A stretch of 64,000 nucleotides of DNA from a virus: IMG/VR virus record IMGVR_UViG_3300027804_000049, positions 32,001 to 96,000 of that record. One strand, 5' to 3'. The notes below the pieces were generated by a model that was not told the origin of the DNA, made no database searches, and was given only the letters and a program-made list of their open reading frames with translations. Numbering within the stretch: the first letter of the stretch is position 1; every line of letters begins with the position of its first letter. Positions 1 to 9,032 of this stretch are shown here, piece by piece. A program made the position numbers and the translations under genes.

Positions 1-587
1 ATACCTAAGACAGATGCAATTGCAAGTTGAACACGTGTAAATTGAAAGAAGTCATACGCAGCTCCAAGCCACACGTCGTTCGAGCGCATGAACACAGTCA
101 TATTTAACTTATTGTCACGTATTCTAAATTGGTGAAGTATCGTGCAAGGGTAATCACGTTTCTTTGGAAGTAGATCAAGCTCAGGATTCCATATCGTAAC
201 AACTGCCTGTCTTGTGTCTGGATCCTGCCTTAGTCTTTCAATAATCTTTTCATATTGCCCTTGAGTTCTAAGACCATATGCGCCATGGAATAGTCCGTTG
301 TCCTCAGCGTAGTTCTTAAATTGTGGACCAACTGCAATGACAAGTTTTGGCGTTGATATTCCAGCGAGAAGTTGACATGCCTCAACCGCACCAATACCTG
401 GAACAGTTCCGCGTCCTACACCTAATGGTAGGGTGTTCTTTACATCATCAATACGAATTACCGCGTCCTCGATCTCACGGGTCTTCATTCCGCGCGGAGC
501 GGTTTCTCGACCGTGCTCTAAGACGTGTTTAACAAGATCAACGTACCCGTTAACTCCGTCTGGTATGTTTATTATCGCAGTATCCAC
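1..587 (-). CDS. Thymidylate synthase-family enzyme, probably dCMP-specific (hydroxy)methylase; C-terminus runs off the window
   Basis: Not in the ORF track because it is truncated. GTG at 587 follows AGGGAGAG. Translation MDTAIINIPDG...HGAYGLR...DPDTRQAVVTIWNP...DYPCTILHQF...MRSNDVWLGAAYDFFQF carries the TS motifs (PC nucleophile, RSxD). Confidence 0.9.
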   Translation of the reverse strand, partial: MDTAIINIPDGVNGYVDLVKHVLEHGRETAPRGMKTREIEDAVIRIDDVKNTLPLGVGRGTVPGIGAVEACQLLAGISTPKLVIAVGPQFKNYAEDNGLFHGAYGLRTQGQYEKIIERLRQDPDTRQAVVTIWNPELDLLPKKRDYPCTILHQFRIRDNKLNMTVFMRSNDVWLGAAYDFFQFTRVQLAIASVLG

Positions 588-1585
588 TGGCTCTCCCTGT
601 TATATCGTAGTGATTGCTTAAATATCTCGTGCCCGTAATCTAGCTTGCGCGCGTTAGAGAAACGTCGTACATATTGCGGATGAGGAAGAACAACGTATTG
701 GTGTTCCTTAAATCCATGAGCCTTTAGTCCTTTTTCTGCTAGGGTCCCAAGCGCAATTATTCTTGGTCTTTTTAATACCTGCCACAACTCGTCAACCTGT
801 GTAACGTGCTCATCATTTACATTTATAATTCCTACAGTCTTCCAAGAGTTGCCTGGAAGAGATGATAACAAGAAATCACCAGAGTTTCCATCAACAGGCA
901 TAAAGGGTAATATTGTCTCCTTGCCATAAGCTTCCTTTATATTTTGTCTATCTCCAACGAGTAGTACCTGCGCGTCATAACGTCCAATATACCAAGGAAA
1001 TTGTTTAAGACTATCTGCCTTAGTTGCCGCGTAGTGTGAATTACTTATTATTCTTTCCGCGAGCATGGGAATATCCTGTAGAGATTCGCTTGATGGGTTT
1101 AACATCTCGAACTCTGTGGCAACCTCGTCTGCCGCAAGTCGATATTGACCAAGGATCTTGTAAAGCTCATCGACAGTTACGTAATCGTCACCGCGAGATG
1201 AAAGACGACGTTGAATCACGTCTAAAGGTTGATAAAGCCAAAATTGATGAACACCGCGAGAGGCAAGAAAGAGTTCAACCCAACGCCAACCTGCAACGCC
1301 AAGTAAACCATAGCCGTCAGAGTCTGACTCAGGACGTTTTAATGGCGCATATGTGATTTCGCCCCAGTGCCAGCGATCTGCAACCGCAAGTCGTTTTGTC
1401 CAGTCAATATCCTGTATTGAGTTTACGTAATCATTTAATACCCAACGACGAGTCATCATATCTGGCTTTGATTTATGAAAAAATTCTACGTTATTGTTAG
1501 GAAACATTGACTTTAGTTGATGCTCGATCTCGGACACAAGAGTAGACTTACCAGAGGCGTCTGTACCTTCAACTACTATAAACAT
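572..1585 (-). CDS. dNMP/thymidylate kinase fused to a C-terminal uracil-DNA-glycosylase-like domain
   Basis: N-terminal P-loop VEGTDASGKST and DRW motif; C-terminal LLVGD...SGDFL...IIALG...LPHPQY pattern typical of the UDG superfamily. Confidence 0.75.
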   Translation of the reverse strand: MFIVVEGTDASGKSTLVSEIEHQLKSMFPNNNVEFFHKSKPDMMTRRWVLNDYVNSIQDIDWTKRLAVADRWHWGEITYAPLKRPESDSDGYGLLGVAGWRWVELFLASRGVHQFWLYQPLDVIQRRLSSRGDDYVTVDELYKILGQYRLAADEVATEFEMLNPSSESLQDIPMLAERIISNSHYAATKADSLKQFPWYIGRYDAQVLLVGDRQNIKEAYGKETILPFMPVDGNSGDFLLSSLPGNSWKTVGIINVNDEHVTQVDELWQVLKRPRIIALGTLAEKGLKAHGFKEHQYVVLPHPQYVRRFSNARKLDYGHEIFKQSLRYNRESQWILR

Positions 1586-1632
1586 TATGCGTCCTTTTGT
1601 CGTGAGTTAATATTATATCACTAATTTTGCGT

Positions 1633-2103
1633 TTAAGGAATAAGCTCTACCCTATAAATAGACTCGATTCCTTTATCAATATCTGAGGCGTCCTCTAGTA
1701 ATCTTTGAGCCACATTGGTTAGGTAACGGGCTCCACCTTGGTCATATTTGTATAAGGCATCTAAGACTGGAGTAGGCTCCTCAGATACCTGTGCCCAGTA
1801 GCGATGCTTTTCAGGAAATATCATAGCCACATTGCGAGTTGGAAAGCACTGCTCGCAAGGAACTGCGTCACTATCTAAGTTTAAGGAAGGCATCTCATTT
1901 AATCCATATCTTTTGACCAGTGGACACGCTGCTCCGTGGAATATTAGTGAAACTCCAACACGAGAAAGAATGTAAGATCCATTGTCAGTTTTATACAGCT
2001 TAAACTCAATCCAGCGATACGAACCTTGTCTCCATGAAGAAGACTCAGCAAGAAGCTTGCCGCTAAATTGAAGGGTGCGTGATCCGTCCTTGACCTCATG
2101 CAT
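1633..2103 (-). CDS. Hypothetical protein with a possible Zn site
   Basis: 156-aa ORF with HxxxC...CxxC; start overlaps the upstream stop (TAATG). Confidence 0.6.
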   Translation of the reverse strand: MHEVKDGSRTLQFSGKLLAESSSWRQGSYRWIEFKLYKTDNGSYILSRVGVSLIFHGAACPLVKRYGLNEMPSLNLDSDAVPCEQCFPTRNVAMIFPEKHRYWAQVSEEPTPVLDALYKYDQGGARYLTNVAQRLLEDASDIDKGIESIYRVELIP

Positions 2104-2276
2104 TATTTTTTATCCGCCAAGTCTACACTGCCATTCGCAATGTCATTTACACGAGATAAAAGTGTGATGTCGGCGCGCAATGAAGCAATTTGAGCCTCAT
2201 ACATCATCACAAGTTCGCCAATGCGCTGTTGTAGCGCTATAGCCATCAGTTCGTATTTGTCCTTTGGCTGGTCCAT
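2103..2276 (-). CDS. Small coiled-coil hypothetical protein (57 aa)
   Basis: Manual translation MDQPKDKYELMAIALQQRIGELVMMYEAQIASLRADITLL...; fills the gap between neighbours exactly. Confidence 0.6.
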   Translation of the reverse strand: MDQPKDKYELMAIALQQRIGELVMMYEAQIASLRADITLLSRVNDIANGSVDLADKK

Positions 2277-2278
2277 AG

Positions 2279-2500
2279 TTACGCGCCTAAGGCGCTAATC
2301 TCCGCCTGTAAGGCAGCGAGTTGTAAGTCGGCCTTTGCAATTACCTCGCTTGCAGACGCAACGTTAGCAGCGTCTGGAGTCTCAAGTGCATTTTCTGCAA
2401 CTAAAGATATCTGGGCATTGTACTTTGAGTACTCTACATTTTTAATGTGCGAATTTATAACCGCGATCTTTTCCTCAGTCGTTAACTCTACGGTTGACAC
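2279..2500 (-). CDS. Small helical protein, possibly tail-fibre associated
   Basis: 73 aa, AAAGGAG RBS, directly downstream of the fibre genes. Confidence 0.55.
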   Translation of the reverse strand: MSTVELTTEEKIAVINSHIKNVEYSKYNAQISLVAENALETPDAANVASASEVIAKADLQLAALQAEISALGA

Positions 2501-2563
2501 CGTTTGTCTCCTTTGTCAATTTAACGTCCCTGTGACGTTAAAATCCTATACTGTTTTTACTTT

Positions 2564-2785
2564 TTATGTCTCTTCTTGAACACTTTGCTTAAGCTGTAAA
2601 AGAGCGTTTCTTTGAGACATGCGTTCGCTAAGCTTATTTTCAAACGAGGGGCTACCTTCCTTAGGCAAGTAACCTTCATCTACGTTTTTTTGTAGACTTG
2701 CAATTGCCGAGTCAAGAACATTTATTTGCTCGTCTATCATAGAAATTTTTATACTATTATCTAAATTTATCATTTTTACGCCCAA
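2564..2785 (-). CDS. Small coiled-coil hypothetical protein (true start probably ATG 2773)
   Basis: Follows the tail fibre; helical-hairpin pattern similar to 2279..2500. Confidence 0.5.
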   Translation of the reverse strand: MGVKMINLDNSIKISMIDEQINVLDSAIASLQKNVDEGYLPKEGSPSFENKLSERMSQRNALLQLKQSVQEET

Positions 2786-4461
2786 TTCGAGTAGCTAGAG
2801 TAACTTGACCAGCTGCTTCCACCATTGTTACTTGCACGTGCTCTTACCCTCCAAAACAGGTTGCTAACTCCTCCAGTTACCTTAGGTACCTTGAAGTTTT
2901 GCGCGTCTGACGTTGGGAGCGTTCCGCTCGAAGGGCGCGTTACGTTTGGCTGTCCGTTTGGAGTTGACCCGTTACTGCTTGGTTGACAGTCTAGTTGATA
3001 CACTATTGTTCCTGATCCTGAGGAGTCAGACCAGTCCGCGTCGTAATTGTAGTTGTCTAAAGTATTACCACCTGGATCATAGGTTAAAGTCGGTGTTCCT
3101 GGAGTTGAAGGCGCTGCAAGGCTTGAAAGAATAACGTTTGATCCTACCTCACTGGACGTTCCTGCCGCATTTGTTGCTGTAGCAAATGCCTTAAAATAGT
3201 AAGGAGGCGGAGACGCATCAACCGGTGTTACAGTGTACGAGACAGAGGAAGACGACGAGCTTACCTTAAGAACGTTAGATGTTGTTGGAGGATTAGACGT
3301 AGAGGCATATATTCTTAAATTGAATGACGTTGGAGAGTTTGACCAACCTGATGTTGTTGCAGTAATAGACGTATCCGCAACACCTGTTCCAGTTAAGGTA
3401 ACTGATCCGCCAGACGGAGGTGATAGTGGAGCAGCAACAGTTGCAGGATTAGAAAACGCTTGATTTGATCCTCCTGCGTTTGAGGCAGTTACACGACAAC
3501 GAATTGGGCTGTTGTAGAAAAGAGCAGAGAAAAAATTAGAAGGAGGAGAATAAGTAGAACTTGTTGCCCCTGATATACTTAGATACGTTGATCCTCCGTC
3601 GTTATACTGCCACTGATACGCAAAAGAAGTTGGTGAATTTGCCCATGTTCCAGTTGTGCACGAATACGTCGTAGTTCCGGCAGTTCCTGAAGAAGGCGTA
3701 ACAACTGGAGCATTTGCTCCACCCGTATTTACAGGTGCAGATACAGCATTAGGAGTCACAGAGTTAGAGGCAGCAGACGTGCCAGATGTGCCGTTGGCAT
3801 TTGTAGCAGACATTGTGAAAGTGTATGCTTGATTTACAACGTATGAGCCTGTAACTGTGATAGGACTTGACGTTCCACTGTAGCTAAGAGATATCGAAGG
3901 ACTCGACGTTATTGTAAGTGAAGACAGCGCTTTTCCACCAGTTGCACCTGAAAAACTTAGTGACACCTGAGTAGAGCTTGAAACGCTAGCACTTACAGTT
4001 GGAGTCTGAGGAACAGTGGTAGCAGTTGCACTAGCAGCAGACGAGGCAGTTCCTGTCCCTATTGCGTTTATTGCCGACACGCGATAATAATAAGTTTGAG
4101 CGCTTGTAAGACCTGTGTCAGTGTAAGTTGTAGATGTTGTAAAAGTATTTGCCACAAGGGTAGAGTACGTGACGCCGTTTGTCGAGCGCTCAATGAAGTA
4201 TCCTGTAATTGCAGAGCCGCCGTCACTTGGCGCAGTCCATGAAAGATCTATGCGACCGCTGTTATACGAGCGAGATGCTCCAACGTCTGTCGCGGTAAGA
4301 CCAGTAACTTGGCCTGGAGCAGTTAGTCCGCCAAAAAATGTTCTCCAGGTGCCAGACACCTTTACGTATCCGTCAGCTACATTTCTCCATGTTCCAGAAA
4401 CTTTTACATACAAATTTGTAAGAGTGTTCCATGACCCACTTGACTTAACATGCGCAGTCAT
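2776..4461 (-). CDS. Tail fibre/adhesin with fibronectin type III and Ig-like domains
   Basis: N-terminal repeats VKxSGTW; FN3 motifs [16 protein letters not shown]...[14 protein letters not shown]; very S/T rich; end of tail operon. Confidence 0.8.
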   Translation of the reverse strand: MTAHVKSSGSWNTLTNLYVKVSGTWRNVADGYVKVSGTWRTFFGGLTAPGQVTGLTATDVGASRSYNSGRIDLSWTAPSDGGSAITGYFIERSTNGVTYSTLVANTFTTSTTYTDTGLTSAQTYYYRVSAINAIGTGTASSAASATATTVPQTPTVSASVSSSTQVSLSFSGATGGKALSSLTITSSPSISLSYSGTSSPITVTGSYVVNQAYTFTMSATNANGTSGTSAASNSVTPNAVSAPVNTGGANAPVVTPSSGTAGTTTYSCTTGTWANSPTSFAYQWQYNDGGSTYLSISGATSSTYSPPSNFFSALFYNSPIRCRVTASNAGGSNQAFSNPATVAAPLSPPSGGSVTLTGTGVADTSITATTSGWSNSPTSFNLRIYASTSNPPTTSNVLKVSSSSSSVSYTVTPVDASPPPYYFKAFATATNAAGTSSEVGSNVILSSLAAPSTPGTPTLTYDPGGNTLDNYNYDADWSDSSGSGTIVYQLDCQPSSNGSTPNGQPNVTRPSSGTLPTSDAQNFKVPKVTGGVSNLFWRVRARASNNGGSSWSSYSSYSNWA

Positions 4462-4462
4462 C

Positions 4463-5617
4463 TTATGACCACCTTAACCAGACGTCTCCGTTAACTCCGT
4501 CGCCAGAGACAGGCGCTGCAGAGGACGCAAATGTGTTTCTTAATGAGCCAGACCCACCTGAAGTGTTACCTCCACTTGATTCAAGATACGGCGCGTTAGC
4601 AAGAGTTATTGAGTTGAAGGCGCCATCTAGAATTACAGCACCTGCATAAGACATTGTTAGTGACGAGTCACCTGATGTGATAACAACGCCGCCAGCTACG
4701 GCTGCTATGCTTCCGATCTGTGATCCGCTTACGTTAAATAAAATTGAATTACCAGTACCTGTTGGAGCTAGCGCGAGCCCTGTGCCGCCTGTATAGTTAG
4801 TAGACGTAAATGAAGAACCAGTAATAGCAGCACCAGTAATAGTACTTCCGCTTTGGATGCTGCCCTTAAATATAGCAGCGCCAGAAGATGCGCTAATTGA
4901 AAATGTAGAGCCGTTATCAGAACCAGTGCTTGTTGCATCAAAACCAGCGATACCTGCAGAGTTCATAACGATACGCGCGCCGGTTGTTGCCGAGCCGCCT
5001 GAGAAAACAGTTATACCGTTTGTATTTACCGCAGTTATCTGGTTGCTAGCATTTACAATTGTGCTTGCACTTGGTTGAAGTGAGGCTATAGCTGCGTTAT
5101 ACGCTGTTGTCGCGGCAGATGACGCAGCGGCCGAGTCTTGCGCTAGCTCCCAACTGTCGCCATCCCACGAGTACAGCTTATCGTTATCATTTGTGTCAAT
5201 CCAAAGATCGCCAATTTCATGAGCAGTGCCTGCTGGCGCATCGTTTTGATAGTAGCTAGCATTTTTAGAATCTGCCGTTGCCTGTGCAGTAGGGTCTGTT
5301 ACAGGAATGTAGTCTTCAAGGTTTTCGCTGTATACTTTTTGAGCGCCTGTAGTAGGGTCAACAACAGTTGTACCTTCTTTTTCGATGTCTGGGTCTGTAG
5401 CGGAAACTACCGTAACACCAAAGGCAGCCTCGTTTGCAGTTACCGCGTCTTCTTGAATTACCTTTGTTGTTACCGCACGAAAGCCAAGCTTCTCGGTTGT
5501 TACAACGTTGGTCTTAAGACGTTTTGCACCAGGTCGTTTTTCAATACGACGAACTTTACGCTCAACGCTTGTAAGAACCTTTCCTATGCCTTTACGACGT
5601 CTTCTTCTACTCGCCAA
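4463..5617 (-). CDS. Minor tail protein
   Basis: GDLWIDT...W and GDVWL motifs common in siphophage tail tips; G/S-rich beta region; position in operon. Confidence 0.7.
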   Translation of the reverse strand: MASRRRRRKGIGKVLTSVERKVRRIEKRPGAKRLKTNVVTTEKLGFRAVTTKVIQEDAVTANEAAFGVTVVSATDPDIEKEGTTVVDPTTGAQKVYSENLEDYIPVTDPTAQATADSKNASYYQNDAPAGTAHEIGDLWIDTNDNDKLYSWDGDSWELAQDSAAASSAATTAYNAAIASLQPSASTIVNASNQITAVNTNGITVFSGGSATTGARIVMNSAGIAGFDATSTGSDNGSTFSISASSGAAIFKGSIQSGSTITGAAITGSSFTSTNYTGGTGLALAPTGTGNSILFNVSGSQIGSIAAVAGGVVITSGDSSLTMSYAGAVILDGAFNSITLANAPYLESSGGNTSGGSGSLRNTFASSAAPVSGDGVNGDVWLRWS

Positions 5618-7574
5618 TCTTGTCCACCTCCGGCTCTGTCACTAGGGTAAGCTCAACTTCCTCGCCAAAACTTGGAGAGTCAGGAACAGAAACTTTATAT
5701 CCATCTATCTTTCTTATAATTACGGTGTCACGTGGTTCAAGATCTGTCTCAAGACGCATACGAACAAACTCGTCATTTACAATTATTGAGCACCAGTCTC
5801 CAGGAAGGTACTCTCCTATTCTTGGACTAAGCGAGCCATTTACACGCACACGTATATCTGAAATTGGTGGACGAGACTCGGCTAAGTATCTTTCCGCGTG
5901 CGCGTATAAGGCGTCTTCCTCAGATACCTCATTACGTGTTTCCTCCGCGTCTAAAAGTGGCCAACCATCTTGTAATAAATCAGTTGCAGTTGCAACTGCG
6001 TAAGGCTGAGATGCGTCATCTCCAAGATCTGGAATGTTTCCAACAACAAAGAAGCGTGTTGCTGCGTCCTCTGCGTTTTCGTCCATAGTTACATCAATGA
6101 TGTTTCCAGGATACTCAAAAACAATCTCGTCTGCGCCGTATCTGCTTGGAGGCGCCGCCTGTCCTTCAGCAGGAGGATTTGGGTAGTCGATAGCTATAAG
6201 AACAAATGTGCGAGTAAACACAGGAATGCCTCCTACGTACTCGAGATCACAGTCTACGCGAAACTCAAAGCCGTCTACCGTGTCTGAGTACTCGTCAAGC
6301 TCTTCTCCAACTGAACGCAACTCATATCCGCGATATGTAGTATTAGGAACATTTCTTCCACTGTAAGACTCCGTCGAGTACTCTATATCTAAATCAGAGT
6401 TTCCAGGATACGGTCCGTATGTTCCAATACTTACAGTAGGTTGAACTACAGCAGTCCCGCCTGCAACTGCTGTTTGCTCTAAATCGCTATCAGCAACATC
6501 AATGGTAAAAGTTGTAGAAGTAGGAGTTGAAAAAATGTCAAAGTATCCATCAAATGTAGAAATAAAGTCAGTAGAGGTATCTACTCCGGATAATCTAACA
6601 GTCTGCCCTACGCTAAATCCATGAGCTGCAGACGTAGTTATAGTTCCTATAAAGTCTTCTATCTTCTTAAAGGTTACAGTTCTTGTTATCGTAGATACGG
6701 ATGTAAATGATGATGAATCAATTGTAAATGTAGTAGCAGTAGGAGTAGCTACTACGTCCCATACTCCATTGAAAGTAGAGTTAACATTATAGATCTCTAC
6801 AGACTGAGTAGGAATTAGCTCGTGAGCGGAAGCTGTAGTTATAGTTGTAACTCCACCTGGAGCAGTGATAGACGTAATTTGCAGATCGTTAGTTTGTGCA
6901 GGCTCAATATCTGTGTTAGGAAACGAGATACCGCTAAAGTCAACAAGAATTTCGTCAAGAAGCTGGCGCACGTAGTCATACGTATCTACACGAACATTGA
7001 CTGTTACACCTTCATAAGTTCCATTTGGTATCGATGTTCCAGTTATCGTAAATGAGTCAGCGGTAGGAGCGCTTGCCACAGTGTAGTATCCACTATATTG
7101 AAAATCTCCAATCTCTGGAAAGGACAGGCGAACACTCGAGCCAACAGGGAACCCGTACTCAAATGCATCTAGCGTTGCAGTAACTGTTCCACTAGATACA
7201 ACAAGAGTGGCTCCAAAATCGTGAGTCCAGGTCTTCCAAATATTTCTATGATACAGATAGCTGGTAAACTCAGATGCATTAACGCTTAATATTCTGTCTA
7301 CAACGTTATATGAGCGACTCCATATGATTCCGCCCCAAATGCAAACTCCGTCACGCACTACATATAGTCCTGTCTTACCAGGCATTGTGCTGTTGTACAA
7401 GTCCATTCCAGTGTTACTTGGTAAAACTGGAATCGTGCCTGAAAAACTACCTGCTGAATTTAGCACTCGCTCAAAGGATACACCTTTGAAGGGAATCTCT
7501 GCTAGTATATCATTAGATAGAAGATTGGTTGTAAAATAGCGATAGTCAGCTGAAATCGTGTCGGTAGCTACCAT
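5607..7574 (-). CDS. Baseplate hub/Tal-like minor tail protein with three inserted FCCH-like beta modules
   Basis: Follows the Dit-like gene; FERVLNSAGSFSG and WGGIIW hub motifs; repeated TITTxxAH...G...PTxTTFT modules. Confidence 0.7.
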   Translation of the reverse strand: MVATDTISADYRYFTTNLLSNDILAEIPFKGVSFERVLNSAGSFSGTIPVLPSNTGMDLYNSTMPGKTGLYVVRDGVCIWGGIIWSRSYNVVDRILSVNASEFTSYLYHRNIWKTWTHDFGATLVVSSGTVTATLDAFEYGFPVGSSVRLSFPEIGDFQYSGYYTVASAPTADSFTITGTSIPNGTYEGVTVNVRVDTYDYVRQLLDEILVDFSGISFPNTDIEPAQTNDLQITSITAPGGVTTITTASAHELIPTQSVEIYNVNSTFNGVWDVVATPTATTFTIDSSSFTSVSTITRTVTFKKIEDFIGTITTSAAHGFSVGQTVRLSGVDTSTDFISTFDGYFDIFSTPTSTTFTIDVADSDLEQTAVAGGTAVVQPTVSIGTYGPYPGNSDLDIEYSTESYSGRNVPNTTYRGYELRSVGEELDEYSDTVDGFEFRVDCDLEYVGGIPVFTRTFVLIAIDYPNPPAEGQAAPPSRYGADEIVFEYPGNIIDVTMDENAEDAATRFFVVGNIPDLGDDASQPYAVATATDLLQDGWPLLDAEETRNEVSEEDALYAHAERYLAESRPPISDIRVRVNGSLSPRIGEYLPGDWCSIIVNDEFVRMRLETDLEPRDTVIIRKIDGYKVSVPDSPSFGEEVELTLVTEPEVDKIGE

Positions 7575-7619
7575 GTTACACCTCGCTGAGTAAATTCGTC
7601 ATTACAAAACATTTAGTAT

Positions 7620-9032
7620 CTATCCTAGCCAAGCTGAGCGATAATACACCGTAAGTACCGCCTCGCTTGTCGCATCTCCATCATCTTCAAACGATATTAC
7701 GTTATCTCCAGGCGCAAGAAGAATCCACTCTGCAAGAACATCAATTAGGTTGCGCTTACCTACCGCATCACCGTCAAGTGCTACCTCATGCTCTAAGGTA
7801 TCAATCTCTAAAATTTCACCTGCACCAATTGACTCGATGATAGTTATAGACTCATTTGTTGTCTCGTTAATTATTTCAGCAGGGCCAGTAACAGGTCCCG
7901 CAATTGAAAGAACAACTGGAGCATAGGCATTACCGGTGTTTGTTATTGTAGCCTTTCCAGTAGCTGAAGTAGATGTATTCTTTCCTGGAATTACCGTTGA
8001 GCGATAGCCAAGCTCGTTACCTGCAAACCACTCGTACTTTAAGGGGTCTGGTGCCCTTAATCCGATAGAGAACTCTGTGCGACCGCGTTCGTTTACCGTG
8101 TTTATCTCTGGGCGCCCTGAGAGTCGAACGTAGGACGCCTTAGTGGGCTCCTCATTTGTCTTTAACCAGTCACCTACGTAAACAAGATCGGTGTTTGTAA
8201 TTAACTTGTCACGCGCTATCTTTACGTAACTTGGACTTGGTGGTAAAAAGACTCCATTAAGTGTAATTTGTCTTGCCGTGTATCTTCCGCGTACATCGTA
8301 TGATCCGTCTCCCCAGCCGCGAGGAATATCCTCAATATCTGGCTCAGGATGATTCCACCAACCTTCTATATCGGTGCAGATCCAAACTACGCCGTCCTCA
8401 TCAATTGTATTAAGAACTAGTGAGCCAATACTTACATCCGCATTTAACTTTAGCCCCGTGATCTTTGGATACGGAACTGGGCGAAACGCTTGATTTACCT
8501 TTTGATTTTCCTGAGCTTGATTTGGCTCGTCTACATACTCGTTTAGATAGGTTGCCTGCTCAAAAAGAACGGCATCAACTAAAAATTTCTGCGCTGCAGT
8601 TCCAGCAACTGGTTGAACTACGCGAACTAACGCACTTAATGCGCCTACAGGCGCGGTAAATACTCCAGTAAGTCTTACCCAGTCGTCTCCTCCAATAACC
8701 TCAAGTTGAATAGAGTTTGAGGTCGATATTACTGATCCTGCAGTTGCAGAGTTATACCAAATAACGTCAGCTGATAAAGTTCCTGTTTGAGCTGCAGCAG
8801 GTATCTTTACATACGCTCCTAATGCGTAGGAAAGACCTGCTGTAACAAGAATACGGTCTGCGGTAACAACACCAGAGTTAGACGCTGCTGCCTTTGTAAC
8901 CTCAAGAGATGATGAACCGTAGAAGTACTCGTTTGTAATACGTGCGATGGCGCTTGAGCCAGTGGCGGACCAGCCTGTGGTGTTGGTCTTAAATGACGGG
9001 TTAACTATAAGGTTATTACGGTCTGCCATCAT
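7620..9032 (-). CDS. Distal tail (Dit)-like protein with an N-terminal carbohydrate-binding-like module
   Basis: Directly after the tape measure gene; NLIVNPSF...GW start; C-terminal NTGNAYAP...LAPGDNVI...YRSAW Dit pattern. Confidence 0.75.
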   Translation of the reverse strand: MMADRNNLIVNPSFKTNTTGWSATGSSAIARITNEYFYGSSSLEVTKAAASNSGVVTADRILVTAGLSYALGAYVKIPAAAQTGTLSADVIWYNSATAGSVISTSNSIQLEVIGGDDWVRLTGVFTAPVGALSALVRVVQPVAGTAAQKFLVDAVLFEQATYLNEYVDEPNQAQENQKVNQAFRPVPYPKITGLKLNADVSIGSLVLNTIDEDGVVWICTDIEGWWNHPEPDIEDIPRGWGDGSYDVRGRYTARQITLNGVFLPPSPSYVKIARDKLITNTDLVYVGDWLKTNEEPTKASYVRLSGRPEINTVNERGRTEFSIGLRAPDPLKYEWFAGNELGYRSTVIPGKNTSTSATGKATITNTGNAYAPVVLSIAGPVTGPAEIINETTNESITIIESIGAGEILEIDTLEHEVALDGDAVGKRNLIDVLAEWILLAPGDNVISFEDDGDATSEAVLTVYYRSAWLG

